64,000 nt of DNA from Candidatus Latescibacterota bacterium. GTDB lineage: Bacteria > Latescibacterota > UBA2968 > UBA8231. The notes under the pieces are model-generated. The model was not told where the DNA came from. It ran no database searches and saw nothing but the letters and a program-made list of their open reading frames with translations. Below, piece by piece: positions 1 to 9,217 of this stretch. Positions within the stretch are counted from its first letter, which is position 1. Every line of letters begins with the position of its first letter. The stretch covers positions 5,280,001-5,344,000 of the forward strand of contig OZ242214.1 in NCBI GenBank assembly GCA_965206595.1. The letters run 5' to 3'. Both the position numbers and the translations under genes were made by a program.

Positions 1-966
1 GGGTTCCGCGACGGCGAGAACGACGGGCCCTACCGGGACGAGGCGGATTCCAGCGACATCGACGGGGACGTCGTGTGGAAGCTCGACATGATCGAGGAGC
101 TCAACGTCTTCCCGCACAACCTGGCCGTCTGCTCTCCCGTGGCGGCCGGCCACCTGCTGTTCGTTATCACCGGCAACGGCGTCGATGAAGGCCACGTCCA
201 CATCCCGTCGCCGTTCGCCCCCAGCTTCATCGCCGTCGACAAGAGAACGGGCGAGTTGGCCTGGGAGGACGCCTCCCCGGGGGAGAACATCCTCCACGGC
301 CAGTGGTCGAACCCGGCTTACGGGGTCATCGCCGGCCGCCCCCAGGTGATCTTCCCCGGCGGCGACGGCTGGGTCTACGCCCTCGACCCGGCGACCGGCG
401 CGCTGCTCTGGAAGTTCGACTGCAACCCCAAGGAATCGGTCTGGGAGCTGGGGGGCAGGGGGACGCGCAACGCCATCATCTCGACCCCCGTCATCTACGG
501 GAACCGCGTCATCATCGGCGTCGGCCAGGACCCCGAGCACGGCGAAGGGGTGGGCAACCTGTGGTGCATCGACGCCACCGGAAACGGCGACGTCACCGCC
601 ACCGCGGCGGTCTGGCACCTCGGGGGCAGGAGCTTTCATCGCACCATGTCGACGGCCGCCGTCGAAGGGGGCCTGGTGTACCTCGCCGACCTCAGCGGCT
701 TCGTCTACTGCATCGACGCCGAGACCGGTGAGGTGCAGTGGAAGTACGACGCCTTCGCCGCGATCTGGGGGTCCGCCCTGGTCGCCGACGGCAAGGTCTA
801 CATCGGCGACGAGGACGGCGACGTGGCGATCCTCAAGACCGGGCGCGAGCTCGAGGTGATCGCCGAGATCAACATGGGCAGCTCGGTGTACACCACCCCG
901 GTCGCCGACTCCGGCATCCTCTACATAGCCAGCCGCAACCGCCTGTTCGCCATCGGTGCGCCGTAG
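1..966 (+). CDS. PQQ-like/BamB-family beta-propeller repeat protein (5' partial)
   Basis: Frame is open from base 1. Repeated blades such as 'VYALDPATGALLWKF' and 'VYCIDAETGEVQWKY'; ends 'LYIASRNRLFAIG'. Confidence 0.85.
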   Translation, partial: GFRDGENDGPYRDEADSSDIDGDVVWKLDMIEELNVFPHNLAVCSPVAAGHLLFVITGNGVDEGHVHIPSPFAPSFIAVDKRTGELAWEDASPGENILHGQWSNPAYGVIAGRPQVIFPGGDGWVYALDPATGALLWKFDCNPKESVWELGGRGTRNAIISTPVIYGNRVIIGVGQDPEHGEGVGNLWCIDATGNGDVTATAAVWHLGGRSFHRTMSTAAVEGGLVYLADLSGFVYCIDAETGEVQWKYDAFAAIWGSALVADGKVYIGDEDGDVAILKTGRELEVIAEINMGSSVYTTPVADSGILYIASRNRLFAIGAP

Positions 967-976
967 CCGTCCGGGG

Positions 977-2080
977 ATGAGCGCGACCCCGGCAGAAAAC
1001 CCGCCCGCCTCCCTGGCCGAGAAGGCCGCCGCTGCCCGGGAGCGGCTCGACGCCCACGTGCGCGAGCTGGTGCACTGGCATTTCGGCCCCGATACCGGGT
1101 GTCCCTTCTGGCTCCAGTTCGCCGGACAGCTCGACTTCGACCCCCGCACCGAGATCGGCGGCTACGATGACCTGAAGCTGCTCGGGCACTTCCGCGACGA
1201 GTGGCTGCGCGGCGGGCCGGTGCGCAGGTGGGTGCCCAAGGCATACGCGAACGATCCCGTGTACGTGTTCGAGACCGGCGGCTCGACCGGCCTTCCCAAG
1301 AACCGCATCAACATCCGCGACTTCGAGATCGACTACCGGCAGTTCGGCGAGCGCCTTTCCGAAGAGGGGTTCCCACAGGGCGGCGACTGGCTGATGCTGG
1401 GACCGACGGGACCGCGGCGACTGCGCCTGGCGGTCGAGCGCCTGGCCCAGATGCGCGGCGGCATCTGCTTCTTCGTCGACCTCGACCCCCGCTGGGTCAA
1501 CAACCTGATCCGCCGCCGGGCCCACCAGGAGCTCGAGGCCTACAAGAGCCACGTCGTCGACCAGGGGCTGAAGATCCTGCGCGCCCACGACAGCGTCCGC
1601 TGCCTGTTCACGACCCCGAGGCTGCTCGAGGCGCTGTGCGAGAAGGTCTCGCTCCCAAGGGCCGGGATCACCGGGATCTTCTGCGGCGGCACCGAGATGG
1701 ACGCCCAGTTCCACCGCTTCGCCCGCGAGGAGCTCGTCCCCGGCATCGATTTCGTGCCGACCTACGGCAACACCCTGATGGGCCTGGCGCACTGCCGGCC
1801 CTTCGATCCGGAACAGGGGTACGACATCATCTACCATCCGCCGCACCCGCGCGCCGTTATCGAGCTCGTGGACCGGGAAGACAGCAGCCGTACGGTCGCC
1901 TACGGGGAGACCGGGAGGGCGATGCTGACGACCCTCACCCGGGAGTTCTTCATGCCCCGCTTTCTCGAGCGCGACGAGGGGGAGCGCGCCGAGCCGGTCG
2001 ACGACTACCCGTGGGACGGGGTCGCCAACGTGCGCCTGCTGTCGTCGCTGCAGGAGTCCGTGACCGTAGGGGTGTACTGA
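977..2080 (+). CDS. EhpF/GriC-family adenylate-forming protein
   Basis: Motifs 'HWHFGPDTGCPFWL', 'ETGGSTGLPK' (ANL P-loop), 'FFVDLDPRWV', 'GGTE' and C-terminal 'GVY' match my recollection of EhpF/GriC. Confidence 0.8.
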   Translation: MSATPAENPPASLAEKAAAARERLDAHVRELVHWHFGPDTGCPFWLQFAGQLDFDPRTEIGGYDDLKLLGHFRDEWLRGGPVRRWVPKAYANDPVYVFETGGSTGLPKNRINIRDFEIDYRQFGERLSEEGFPQGGDWLMLGPTGPRRLRLAVERLAQMRGGICFFVDLDPRWVNNLIRRRAHQELEAYKSHVVDQGLKILRAHDSVRCLFTTPRLLEALCEKVSLPRAGITGIFCGGTEMDAQFHRFAREELVPGIDFVPTYGNTLMGLAHCRPFDPEQGYDIIYHPPHPRAVIELVDREDSSRTVAYGETGRAMLTTLTREFFMPRFLERDEGERAEPVDDYPWDGVANVRLLSSLQESVTVGVY

Positions 2081-2085
2081 CCGCC

Positions 2086-3522
2086 ATGGCCGCACCCTGC
2101 CACATCCCGATTCTCAGACAGGGAGAGCCGTACCGCAGCCTGCGCCTGGAAACCCTGCGGCACACAGCCGGGGGCGAGCCGGTCGCCGAGGTCTCCCAGG
2201 CCAACGCCGGCCTCATGGCGCGCGATCTGTCGCGGGCCCACCTCGCGCAGCAGCAGCTGGCAGCGCTGCCGGCGGAAGAGCTGCTGCGGATCTGCCGCCG
2301 CGCCGGCGAGCTGTTCGCTTCCGCCGACCTGCCGCTCGGCGAGCAGGCGCAGTCCTTCGACACCTACGTCGCGCAGCTGTCGGCCACCACCGGACTGCCC
2401 CGGACCCTGTGCCGCAGCAACGCCGCCAAGATCGTCTCCGCCCTCCGACAGATGGCCGAAATCGTCGGCGGACTGACGCGCGACGCCGGGTTCGATATCA
2501 TCGACAGCGGCTGGGGGGAGCAGGGCGCGCGCCCGCTCAGCTACCGGCGCCTGGCCGACGCTCTCGGAGCGGTGCTGCCCAACAATTCCCCCGGGGTGCA
2601 CACCCTGTGGCTGCCTGCGCCGGCTCTGAAGATTCCGGTGGCGCTGAAGCCGGGCGGAAGGGAGCCGTGGACTCCCTTCCGCATCGCCCAGGCCTTCATC
2701 GCCGCCGGCTGTCCCCCGGCCGGCTTCAGCCTCTATCCCGGCGGCCACGACATCGCCGGGGAGCTGCTGCTCCGCTGCGGCCGCTCGCTGCTGTTCGGGG
2801 GAGAGGAGACGGTCGCCCCCTGGGCCGGCGACCCCCGCGTCGAGATACACGGCCCTGGGTGCAGCAAGATCCTGTTCGGCAGCGATGCCGCCGACGACTG
2901 GGAAAGGCATCTGCCGCTGCTGCTCTCCTCGGTCGCCGACAACGGCGGCCGCTCCTGTATCAATGCCTCCGGGGTGTGGGTTCCCGCCCAGGGGCGCGAG
3001 ATCGCCGAGGCCCTGGCCCGGCGCCTGTCCGAGATCGAGCCGCTCCCCCTCGACCACCCCGAGGCCGCCCTCGCCGCCTTCCCGGACCCGGACGCGGCCC
3101 GGCGGATTTCCGACTTCATCGATCAGAGGCTGGAAACTCCCGGGGCCGCCGACCTGACCGCGGCGGTTCGGGGCAACGGCCGCGTCGCCACCGCAGGCGG
3201 GTGCACCTTCCTGCGCCCGACGGTGATCTGGTGCGAGGATCCGGAGCACCCGCTCGCCGACACCGAGTTCCTGTTCCCGTTCGTCGCCGTGGTCGAGGCT
3301 TCCGCGGAAGAGATGGCGGAACGGATCGGCCCTTCCCTCGTCGTCACCGCCGTGACCGAAGACGCGACGCTACGGGCGCAGCTGATGGGCTCTTCCAGGA
3401 TCGACCGCCTCAACTTCGGGGAGGTGCCGACGAACGAGATCTCCTGGGACCAGCCGCACGAGGGAAACCTGTTCGAGCTGCTCTACAGGCAGCGGGCCTT
3501 CACCATGAGGCGGCGCGCCTGA
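2086..3522 (+). CDS. GriD/EhpG-like ALDH-fold reductase
   Basis: ATG at 2086 within ORF 1201..3522. 'LPNNSPGVH', 'LKPG', 'HGPGCSK' (in place of ELGGK), catalytic 'GRSCINAS', 'EFLFP'. Confidence 0.8.
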   Translation: MAAPCHIPILRQGEPYRSLRLETLRHTAGGEPVAEVSQANAGLMARDLSRAHLAQQQLAALPAEELLRICRRAGELFASADLPLGEQAQSFDTYVAQLSATTGLPRTLCRSNAAKIVSALRQMAEIVGGLTRDAGFDIIDSGWGEQGARPLSYRRLADALGAVLPNNSPGVHTLWLPAPALKIPVALKPGGREPWTPFRIAQAFIAAGCPPAGFSLYPGGHDIAGELLLRCGRSLLFGGEETVAPWAGDPRVEIHGPGCSKILFGSDAADDWERHLPLLLSSVADNGGRSCINASGVWVPAQGREIAEALARRLSEIEPLPLDHPEAALAAFPDPDAARRISDFIDQRLETPGAADLTAAVRGNGRVATAGGCTFLRPTVIWCEDPEHPLADTEFLFPFVAVVEASAEEMAERIGPSLVVTAVTEDATLRAQLMGSSRIDRLNFGEVPTNEISWDQPHEGNLFELLYRQRAFTMRRRA

Positions 3523-4658
3523 TGCAGGGGTTCGAGTACGAGAGCGTAACCCGCCTGGTGTTCGGCACCGGGGCTCTGGACAGGCTCGGCGGGCTGGCCG
3601 CAGAGCTCGGGGCCGGGCAGGTGCTGGTGGTCACCGACCCCGGCATCGCCGCCGCCGGCATCCTCGACAGGGCGACCGAATCCCTCGCCGCGGCCGGATT
3701 GCAATACGCCGTCTTCGACGGGGTCGAGAAGAATCCTGGCAGCCGCCACGTCGAGACCGGGCGCCGCTTCGCCGAGGAGCTGCCGCGGCCGGCCGACTTC
3801 GTCGTCGCTCTTGGCGGCGGCAGCGCCATGGACTGCGCCAAGGGAATCAACTTCCTGCTGACCAACGGCGGCCGCATCGAGGAGTACCGCGGCGACGGCA
3901 AGGCGAAAAAGCCGCTGCTTCCGGCCATCGGCGTCCCGACCACCGCGGGGACCGGCAGCGAGGCCCAGCGGTTCGCCCTGATCGGGAAAGGGGAGAGCCG
4001 CATGAAGATGGCCATCGGCGACCGCACCGCCCGCTTCCGCGTCGCCCTGCTCGATCCGGAGCTGACCGCGACGGCTCCGCCAGAGGTGGCCGCGGCCGCG
4101 GCCACCGACGCCATTTCGCACGCAGTGGAGAGCTTCGTCAGCGCCAACGGCAACGAGGTCTCGCGGATGTTCGCAGGCCGCGCCTTGCAGCTTCTGGCGG
4201 CCAACCTGCACGAAAGCCTGCGCGCCGGCTCCGTCGAGGCGCGCGCCGGCATGCTGCTCGGAGCCCACTGGGCCGGGGCGGCCATCGAGAACTCGATGCT
4301 GGGGGCCGCCCACGCCTGCGCCAACCCCCTGACGGCCCGCTACGGGATCATCCACGGAGTGGCGGTCGGAGTGATGTTGCCGCACGTGATCCGATTCAAC
4401 GGCGCCTCGGTCGACGGACGCTACACCGAGCTTGCAAGAGCGGCCGGTCTGGAGGGGGCGGGGGCGGAGGCCCTGGCGGAGGGCGTGCGCTGCTGGAACG
4501 CCGAGGCGGACCTGCCTGAACGCCTGCGCGATCTCGACGTCGAAGCGGCCTCCCTGCCGGGCCTCGCGCGCGAGGCCGCGGCGCAGAGAACGGCGCGCTT
4601 CAATCCCCGGCCAGCTGGAGAGCGGGAGCTCGCGGGCCTGTACGAGGCGGCGTTCTGA
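3522..4658 (+). CDS. Iron-containing alcohol dehydrogenase
   Basis: TGATG overlap with the previous gene. 'LGGGSAMDCAK', 'PTTAGTGSE', 'DAISHAVES', 'AHACANPL', 'HGVAV'. Confidence 0.93.
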   Translation: MQGFEYESVTRLVFGTGALDRLGGLAAELGAGQVLVVTDPGIAAAGILDRATESLAAAGLQYAVFDGVEKNPGSRHVETGRRFAEELPRPADFVVALGGGSAMDCAKGINFLLTNGGRIEEYRGDGKAKKPLLPAIGVPTTAGTGSEAQRFALIGKGESRMKMAIGDRTARFRVALLDPELTATAPPEVAAAAATDAISHAVESFVSANGNEVSRMFAGRALQLLAANLHESLRAGSVEARAGMLLGAHWAGAAIENSMLGAAHACANPLTARYGIIHGVAVGVMLPHVIRFNGASVDGRYTELARAAGLEGAGAEALAEGVRCWNAEADLPERLRDLDVEAASLPGLAREAAAQRTARFNPRPAGERELAGLYEAAF

Positions 4659-5791
4659 TGCGGTTTACCCAACAACTGGCTGTTCTGGTCCTGGCGGCGG
4701 CGGCTGCCGCGGCAGTTCCGTCAGACTGGCCGAGCTTTCGCGGCGATGCGGGCCTGACTGGCGTCGCCGCCGCGCCGGTTCCCGGGGACCTGCAGCTGCT
4801 GTGGGCCCTGGATACCGCGGCGTTCGGAGACAGCGCCGCCCAAGGTGGAAGCGTCGGAATTGAATCGACCGCGGCGATCAGCGGTGGAACGGTCTACGTC
4901 GGCACCCTCGGCGGCCGCCTGCTCGCAGCCTCCCTCGCCGACGGCGACATCGAGTGGGCCTACAAGGCCGCTGGCGAGGTGAAATCCTCTCCTGCGGTCC
5001 ACGGGGGCGCCGTCCTGTTCGGGGACGAGTCCGGGATCTTTCACGCCGTCGACCGGAAAAGCGGGGCCCCGCTCTGGACGTTCGCCGCGGATGGGGGGAT
5101 CACCTCGTCGCCGAACCTGTCCGAAGGCCGGGTCCTTTTCGGCAGCTACGACAATCACCTGTACTGCCTGGCGCTCGAGGACGGCCAGCTGCAGTGGAAG
5201 TTCGAGACCGGCGGCTTCGTGCACGCATCCCCGGCAGTGGCCGGCACCCTCGCGGTCGCCGGAGGCTGCGACGGGCAGCTACGCTTCATCAGTATCCCCA
5301 CCGGGGTCGAGACAGCGAGCATACACGCCGGCCAGTACATTGTAGCCAGCGCCGCGGTCGCGCGGGACGCAGCCTTTGTCGGCACCTTCGACAACGAGGT
5401 GGTGGCCGTCGACCTGGGAACCGCCAGAGTCGCCTGGCGCTACGCACCGGAACGCCGGTTCCCGTTCTATTCCTCGGCGGCCGTGAGCCGCGGGACCGTC
5501 GTGGTCGGCGGGCGCGACAAGCAGGTGCACGCCCTCGACGCGGCCAGTGGAACCCCGCGCTGGACCTGGGCAGCGGGCGCCCGTGTCGACTCTTCTCCCG
5601 TCATTGCCGGCGAGCGCGTCTTCGCCGCCACCACCGCCGGCAAGGTGGCCGCCCTCGACCTCGCCGACGGCAGCGAGCGCTGGCAGTTCGATACCGGCGA
5701 ATCGTTCACCGCCTCTCCCGCCGTGGCCGCAGGCAGGCTCGTCATCGGCTCGCAGGAGGGCATACTCTACTGCTTCGGAAAGCCAGGATGA
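4658..5791 (+). CDS. Secreted PQQ-like beta-propeller protein
   Basis: Signal peptide, 'DWPSFRGD', and repeated 'SSPAV...G..D..L.A.D..G...W.F' blades. Confidence 0.88.
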   Translation: MRFTQQLAVLVLAAAAAAAVPSDWPSFRGDAGLTGVAAAPVPGDLQLLWALDTAAFGDSAAQGGSVGIESTAAISGGTVYVGTLGGRLLAASLADGDIEWAYKAAGEVKSSPAVHGGAVLFGDESGIFHAVDRKSGAPLWTFAADGGITSSPNLSEGRVLFGSYDNHLYCLALEDGQLQWKFETGGFVHASPAVAGTLAVAGGCDGQLRFISIPTGVETASIHAGQYIVASAAVARDAAFVGTFDNEVVAVDLGTARVAWRYAPERRFPFYSSAAVSRGTVVVGGRDKQVHALDAASGTPRWTWAAGARVDSSPVIAGERVFAATTAGKVAALDLADGSERWQFDTGESFTASPAVAAGRLVIGSQEGILYCFGKPG

Positions 5792-7140
5792 CTACCCATC
5801 TCCCGGAACCGGCGACCACCCGGCTCGACGACCTGCTCACCGACACCGAGGTCGGCAGCGTTTTCGTCTCCAACTACCCGCCGTACTCGTTCTGGAACGA
5901 GAGCGACGTCGCCGATGCCCGCGCCCTTCTCGGCACCCCGCCGGTGCCGGAGGCCGTTCCCGACCTCGGCCTCTACCTGCACGTGCCGTTCTGCCGCAAG
6001 CGCTGCAAGTTCTGCTACTTCCGTGTATATGTAGACAAGAACGCCGCGCAGATCCGGCAGTACCTCGACACGATGGCGAGGGAAGTGGAGCTGTACGCCG
6101 GCTCGCCCAGGATCGCCGGCCGCGAGCTGAGGTTCGTCTACTTCGGCGGCGGCACTCCCAGCTACATAAGCGCGCGCCACCTGAAGGCGCTGGCGGCTCG
6201 CCTCAATGCTGCGCTGCCGTGGGACGCCGCGGCGGAAATCGCTTTCGAGTGCGAGCCGGGAACGCTGACCGAGGCCAAGCTGGGGGCGATCCGGGAGATC
6301 GGTGTTACCCGCCTGAGCCTCGGCATCGAGAACATGAACGACGCCATCCTGCGCGAGAACGGCCGCGCCCACACCACCCGGGAGGTGTTCCGCGTGCAGC
6401 CCTGGGTCGCGGCCCAGGGGTTCGCACAGGTCAACGTCGACCTGATCGCCGGCATGGTCGGCGAGACCTGGGAGACCTGGAGGGAAACCGTAGAGCGCAC
6501 CGTCGATCTCGCCGCCGACAGCATCACCGTCTACCAGATGGAGCTGCCGTTCAACACCGTGTACTCGCAGTCGATTGCCGGGGGCGGACGCGAGGAGATG
6601 ATCCTCGCCGACTGGCGGACCAAGCGGGAGTGGCACGCCTTCGCCTTCGACCGTTTCGAGGCTGCCGGGTACGAGCGCTCGAGCGCCTACACCGTCGTCA
6701 AGCAGGGGACGGAGCAGTCCTTCGTGTACCGCGATGCGCTCTGGCGCGGCAGCGACATGATCGGCGCCGGAGTCGCCTCCTTCTCGCACATGGGCGGCAT
6801 ACACTACCAGAACGCCTCTTCCTGGGAGCAGTACCTCGGCGACCTGGCGGAGGACCGGCTGCCGCTGGCGCGGGCCTTCGCGACCAACGCCGGCGAGCGC
6901 CTGACGCGGGAGCTGATCCTGCAGCTCAAGCTCGGGCAGGTCAGCACCCGCTACTTCGAGGAGAAGCACGGAGTCGACATCCTCGACCGCTTCGCCACTC
7001 CCCTCGAGGGCCTGCGCGACGAAGGGATGCTGACCTGGGACGAAACGGCCGTCACCCTCACCCGCACCGGCCTGCTGCGCGTCGACCAGCTGCTGCCTGC
7101 ATTCTACGACCCGAGGTACCGCAATGCGCGCTACACCTGA
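5788..7140 (+). CDS. HemN-like (class C) radical SAM protein
   Basis: ATGA overlap. 'LYLHVPFCRKRCKFCYF' (CxxxCxxC), 'YFGGGTPS', 'RLSLGI', 'NVDLIAG'. Confidence 0.9.
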   Translation: MTTHLPEPATTRLDDLLTDTEVGSVFVSNYPPYSFWNESDVADARALLGTPPVPEAVPDLGLYLHVPFCRKRCKFCYFRVYVDKNAAQIRQYLDTMAREVELYAGSPRIAGRELRFVYFGGGTPSYISARHLKALAARLNAALPWDAAAEIAFECEPGTLTEAKLGAIREIGVTRLSLGIENMNDAILRENGRAHTTREVFRVQPWVAAQGFAQVNVDLIAGMVGETWETWRETVERTVDLAADSITVYQMELPFNTVYSQSIAGGGREEMILADWRTKREWHAFAFDRFEAAGYERSSAYTVVKQGTEQSFVYRDALWRGSDMIGAGVASFSHMGGIHYQNASSWEQYLGDLAEDRLPLARAFATNAGERLTRELILQLKLGQVSTRYFEEKHGVDILDRFATPLEGLRDEGMLTWDETAVTLTRTGLLRVDQLLPAFYDPRYRNARYT

Positions 7141-9217
7141 GATCCGGGCCTGGGGGCGCCAGCTCATGCTGCTGGCCGCCCTTGCCCCTGCTGCTGCCGC
7201 CGCCGACGAACCCGCGGCCACCCCGGACCCGCCAGCCTACACCGCCGGCGAGGTGGTCGTCACGGGGTCGCGCTACACCCTTCCGGAACGGGGAGGGATG
7301 GTGACCCGGTGGCCGATGGCGCTGCGCGACACCCCGGCCTCGGTCGCTGTGGTGCCGGGGGCGCTCGTCGCGGCGCAGCACCGCGAGGTTCTCGGCGAGG
7401 CGCTGGCAAACGTCAGCGGCGTCAACGTGCAGAGCGGCTTCGGGGTCTCCGACTACTTCGTCGTGCGCGGCTTCGACTCGCTGTCGAGCGGCATGGTCCT
7501 CTACGATGGCGCCGTCGAGCCGGAGGTCAGCTTCTACCCGATGTACAACGTCTCCCGCATCGAGGTCCTGAAAGGCCCGGGTGCCTTCCTGTACGGAGGT
7601 AAGCCGCTTTCGGGCGCCGTGAACGTCGTCCGCAGAAAACCGGTCTTCGGCGGCGGCCCGTTCGCCGTTCTCGGGGGCAGCTACGGCAGCCATGGCAGCT
7701 ACCGGACGACCGCCGACGCCGGCTGGAGACGGGGAGAGCGGGTGGCCCTGCGGGTCAATGCCATGGGGCGCGGCTCGGACAACTACCGCGAGGACAAGGG
7801 GTACTCCGAGTGGGCGATCAACCCGGCCGCTGCGGTCCGTTTCCGCGACCGCGCCGTCATCGAGGCAAGCGCCGAGTACATCGCCAACGACTACAGCCCG
7901 GACTCCGGGCTGCCCCTGCTCGGCGAAGACCTGGCACCGGTGCCGCGCACGCGCTCGTACCAGGCACCCGGCGACTTCTCCGAGCAGGCGATCCTGCGCC
8001 TGCGGCTCGACGGCGAGGTGAAGCTGTCGGACCGCATGACTCTGCGGGACAAGCTCTATTTCACCAACTTCGAGTGGCCGTCGGCCGGCACCCTGCTCAA
8101 CGGCGTCCTTCCCGGCGAGGACGGCTCCCTGAGAGTGTTGCGCACGCAGCTGTCGCTCGACGACCGCCAGCGCTTCTTCGGCAACCAGCTCGAGGCAGTA
8201 ATGGAACGCGGCAGGCACAGACTGCTTGCCGGCCTCGAGGTGGCGCGACTGACCGACGATTTCACCCTCGATGCGGTGCTGCTGTCAATGATCGATCTCC
8301 ACAGTCCGGTCGAGCCGGGAGGGGGCGGGTTTTCGGTTCAGTCGCAAGCCGCCGAAGCCCGCGCCACCGTCCTCGCCCCGTACGTCGCCGCCCAATGGCC
8401 AATCACCGGGAGTCTCGAATCGATAGCAGGCCTCCGCTTCGACCGCATCGGCTACGAAGAGGAGATCTCGGCGAGCGAGCGCAGTTACGGCAAGCTCAGT
8501 CCCTTCCTCGGCGCCACCTGGTCGGCGACGGAAGATCTGCGGCTGTACGCCAGCGCCGGCAGGGCTTTCGCCCCTCCTTCCACCCAGGTAACCGGCGAGC
8601 GCGAGGCCGAGGAGAGCAGGCAGCTCGAAGCCGGTGCGCGCCGGCAGTGGCTGCAGGGTAGGGTGCGGGCTTCGGCCGCCGCCTACCTGCTCCAGAAGGA
8701 GAACATCGCCATCCCCGACGGGACCGGGATCGTGAAGGAGAACGGCGCCCAGCGCTCCCGGGGGATCGAGCTCGAGGTGGCCGCGCAGCCGTCCCGGCGC
8801 TGGTATTTCCTCGCTGCCTACGCCTTCGCCGCCGCCGAGCTGACGGCCTTTACCGAGCTCGTGCCGACATTCACCGGCGAGTACGTCTTCGCCGACCGTG
8901 CCGGCAATGTTCCCGCCTTCGCGCCTGCGCATATCCTGAACCTCTGGAGCTCCGCCCGCACCGTGCTCGGCATCGAGGCCGCCCTCGGCGCGCGCTTCGT
9001 CAGCGGCCAGTACATCGCCCCGGACAACGGCTACCGGATCGACCCCGCCCTCACCGTCGACGCTGCCCTGGGGTATCGCGTCGGGGGCGCCCGCATTCGC
9101 CTGCACCTGCGCAATCTGACCGGCGCCGAGTACGAGACGCGCGGCTTCGGCGGCACTGCCGTCATTCCGGGGGATCCGGCTTCCTTCTACTCGAGCCTGG
9201 AGTGGGCCATCCAGTGA
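7124..9217 (+). CDS. TonB-dependent receptor
   Basis: TonB box 'EVVVTGSR', plug motifs 'VRGF' and 'RIEVLKGPGAFLYG', 'NLTGAEY', aromatic C-terminus. Start could be 7166. Confidence 0.92.
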   Translation: MRATPEIRAWGRQLMLLAALAPAAAAADEPAATPDPPAYTAGEVVVTGSRYTLPERGGMVTRWPMALRDTPASVAVVPGALVAAQHREVLGEALANVSGVNVQSGFGVSDYFVVRGFDSLSSGMVLYDGAVEPEVSFYPMYNVSRIEVLKGPGAFLYGGKPLSGAVNVVRRKPVFGGGPFAVLGGSYGSHGSYRTTADAGWRRGERVALRVNAMGRGSDNYREDKGYSEWAINPAAAVRFRDRAVIEASAEYIANDYSPDSGLPLLGEDLAPVPRTRSYQAPGDFSEQAILRLRLDGEVKLSDRMTLRDKLYFTNFEWPSAGTLLNGVLPGEDGSLRVLRTQLSLDDRQRFFGNQLEAVMERGRHRLLAGLEVARLTDDFTLDAVLLSMIDLHSPVEPGGGGFSVQSQAAEARATVLAPYVAAQWPITGSLESIAGLRFDRIGYEEEISASERSYGKLSPFLGATWSATEDLRLYASAGRAFAPPSTQVTGEREAEESRQLEAGARRQWLQGRVRASAAAYLLQKENIAIPDGTGIVKENGAQRSRGIELEVAAQPSRRWYFLAAYAFAAAELTAFTELVPTFTGEYVFADRAGNVPAFAPAHILNLWSSARTVLGIEAALGARFVSGQYIAPDNGYRIDPALTVDAALGYRVGGARIRLHLRNLTGAEYETRGFGGTAVIPGDPASFYSSLEWAIQ

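Noticed and set aside
977-3522. Phenazine or bioluminescence (luxCE) cluster
   Set aside because: No phz core genes or luxAB in the window; only the reductase pair is shared.
4658-5791. BamB or a true PQQ dehydrogenase
   Set aside because: No lipobox or bam/der context, and it is shorter than quinoprotein dehydrogenases with no catalytic motifs recognised; kept as a generic propeller.
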